Assembly (NCBI RefSeq): GCF_001564455.1
Contig: NZ_CP011391.1
Span: 2,100,001-2,132,000 of the forward strand
Source of the DNA: Faecalibaculum rodentium
GTDB lineage: Bacteria; Bacillota_I; Bacilli_A; Erysipelotrichales; Erysipelotrichaceae
Length of the DNA stretch: 32,000 nt
Direction: 5' to 3'
Both the position numbers and the translations under genes were made by a program. This document shows, piece after piece, positions 30,723 through 32,000 of the stretch. Position 1 is the stretch's first letter, and every line of letters begins with the position of its first letter. The notes under the pieces are model-generated. The model ran no database searches. It was not told the DNA's origin and was given only the letters and a program-made list of their open reading frames with translations.

Positions 30723-31678
30723 ACTGCCTGTACTGCGGAAAGCCTCTGAATCATGAGATTCCGGAAGAGTTTCAGCAGCGATGGCATACAAAATGTATTC
30801 GGTCGTTCTTTGGAACAGATACATTACCTGTACTGGACATCAGCAACAGGACTCTGGAGGATCTGGCAATGCACGCAGTCAATGGTGGAGCAGCTGTCCC
30901 AGGTGTGCAGAAAAAGCTCTCTCTGCATCTGAGCAAAGAGTCTGTTCCGAAGCTGACTATTGTAAATCATCCCAATGACTACATTCTGAAACCATCCGAA
31001 TCCAGGTATCCGTACATAACAGAGCTGGAACACCTGACAATGTCCATGGCCCAGGCTGTCGGCATCCAGACAGTAAAGCATGGGTTGATTCCGTTGAACA
31101 ACGGCCTTGCCTGCATTACACGCCGTGAGGATCGTGAATTGGATGAGAAGGATTCTTTCCGGCTCCGGGCTATGGAAGACTTTGCACAATTATCAAACAG
31201 AATCTCGGCAGATAAATACAAAGGATCGTATGAGCAGGCTGCCAAAGTTATTGAGAAATTCTCACATTTCCCTGTACTGGATAAGAGCAGGTTCTTCCAG
31301 CTCCTCGTTTTCTGCTTCATAACCGGAAATTCAGATATGCACCTGAAGAATTTTTCTCTGATAGAGAATCGGCCCGGAAGCCGCCTCTATTCCCTGGCCC
31401 CCGCGTACGATCTTCTTCCAGTAAATCTGGTTTTGCCAGAAGATACCGAAATGACGGCCCTGACACTGCATGGAAAGAAAAAGAATCAAAGAAAAAACGA
31501 TTTTCTCTATTTGGCAGACAACATGGGATTACCCCGTCCCACTGCTTTGAGAATCATTCAGAATCTGTGTCGGCAGGAACATCGGTTTTTTTCTCTGATC
31601 GATCAGTCTGAGCTGCCTGAGACATGGCAGCAAAAGTTCAAGCACTTGATTCACGACAGAATCAACAGACTGTCATGA
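30719..31678 (+). CDS. HipA-family serine/threonine kinase toxin lacking the N-terminal subdomain (HipT-like)
   Basis: 319 aa. N-terminal Cys motif CLYCGKPL...WHTKC. Gly-rich loop AAVPGVQKKLSL. Catalytic motif ITGNSDMHLKNFS. Mg-binding-like LAPAYDLLP. There are no internal stops. Confidence 0.85.
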   Translation: MNCLYCGKPLNHEIPEEFQQRWHTKCIRSFFGTDTLPVLDISNRTLEDLAMHAVNGGAAVPGVQKKLSLHLSKESVPKLTIVNHPNDYILKPSESRYPYITELEHLTMSMAQAVGIQTVKHGLIPLNNGLACITRREDRELDEKDSFRLRAMEDFAQLSNRISADKYKGSYEQAAKVIEKFSHFPVLDKSRFFQLLVFCFITGNSDMHLKNFSLIENRPGSRLYSLAPAYDLLPVNLVLPEDTEMTALTLHGKKKNQRKNDFLYLADNMGLPRPTALRIIQNLCRQEHRFFSLIDQSELPETWQQKFKHLIHDRINRLS

Positions 31679-31948
31679 GTATCACTGCTGTACTCCAGCG
31701 TATTTAATGGTCACAGGCAAAGACTCCACAATTCACAGGAATTACGTCTCCCTTGCATCCTTCCTTAACTCATGATATAGCTCTGTCAACGAAGGGGGGG
31801 ACCAGGTTCCCAAACTGGCAAATCATGTTTCATGGTTTGCCTTTTGTTTTCCCCTATTCTGTCATCCGCTCTAAAATAGATACAAACCACAGCCTTTTCT
31901 GTATGCTCCTGTTTTTCCTTCCCCCACCCCACAGAAAGGAGCCTCCTT

Positions 31949-32000
31949 ATGCCATTTGAAATCATTCAGGGCGACATCACCCGCATCCAGACCGATGCCA
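31949..32000 (+). CDS. Macro-domain protein (O-acetyl-ADP-ribose deacetylase-like), 5' partial at the window edge
   Basis: SD aaaggag, then MPFEIIQGDITRIQTDA, the typical macro-domain opening. Only 17 codons are visible. Confidence 0.6.
   Translation, partial: MPFEIIQGDITRIQTDA

Noticed and set aside
1-32000. rRNA, tRNA or other known structured RNA genes
   Set aside because: No intergenic segment showed tRNA-like cloverleaf arms or rRNA-like conserved strings on visual inspection. Intergenic regions are short and are accounted for by promoters, terminators and repeats. A tRNAscan/Infernal run would be needed to exclude small RNAs formally.

Overview
This is about 32 kb of a GC-rich, SD-using (AGGAGG-type RBS) anaerobe chromosome. 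The gene content (glycyl-radical enzymes, NrdD, ISL3/DUF6431) suggests Firmicutes/Clostridia, but that is a guess. I ran no searches. All calls come from reading the ORF translations and the DNA by eye, and start codons were chosen by SD and context. Nearly all genes lie on the minus strand. The core genes are a PflD-like glycyl radical enzyme operon (GRE, activase, Fsa/TalC-type aldolase) below a proC-deoR pair; corA; rsmD; an AlkD-like DNA glycosylase; glpK; azlCD with an AIM24-family gene; an HD hydrolase; a GNAT; dinB with a divergent XRE-S24 repressor; nrdD; and a partial macro-domain gene. Visibly AT-richer accessory modules sit between them. (1) At the left edge is a 977-aa AEP primase-polymerase/SF2 helicase fusion of the conflict-system type. 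(2) Next to it is a tripartite toxin-antitoxin-chaperone (TAC) module (RelE/HigB-like toxin, HTH antitoxin with a long C-terminal tail, SecB-like chaperone), bracketed by two copies of a ~55-bp hairpin repeat. (3) A dCTP-deaminase/dUTPase-fold protein is fused to three transmembrane helices and bracketed by 177-bp direct repeats that duplicate a terminator, an RBS and the first codons of the neighbouring gene. (4) An ISL3-family IS with a DUF6431 passenger is inserted in the T-tract of a terminator upstream of glpK. (5) A HipB / HipS-like / HipT-like kinase module has a middle gene, invisible in the ORF track, that carries an in-frame TAG and a frameshift while the kinase looks intact. Non-coding signals include a duplicated array of CGTGAGA heptamers with two perfect 16-bp palindromes upstream of the GRE operon. 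A perfect 18-bp-stem hairpin sits at the predicted 5' end of the nrdD mRNA. Three genes have a -10 box exactly 6 nt before the ATG, which predicts leaderless mRNAs. I saw no rRNA, tRNA or CRISPR array.
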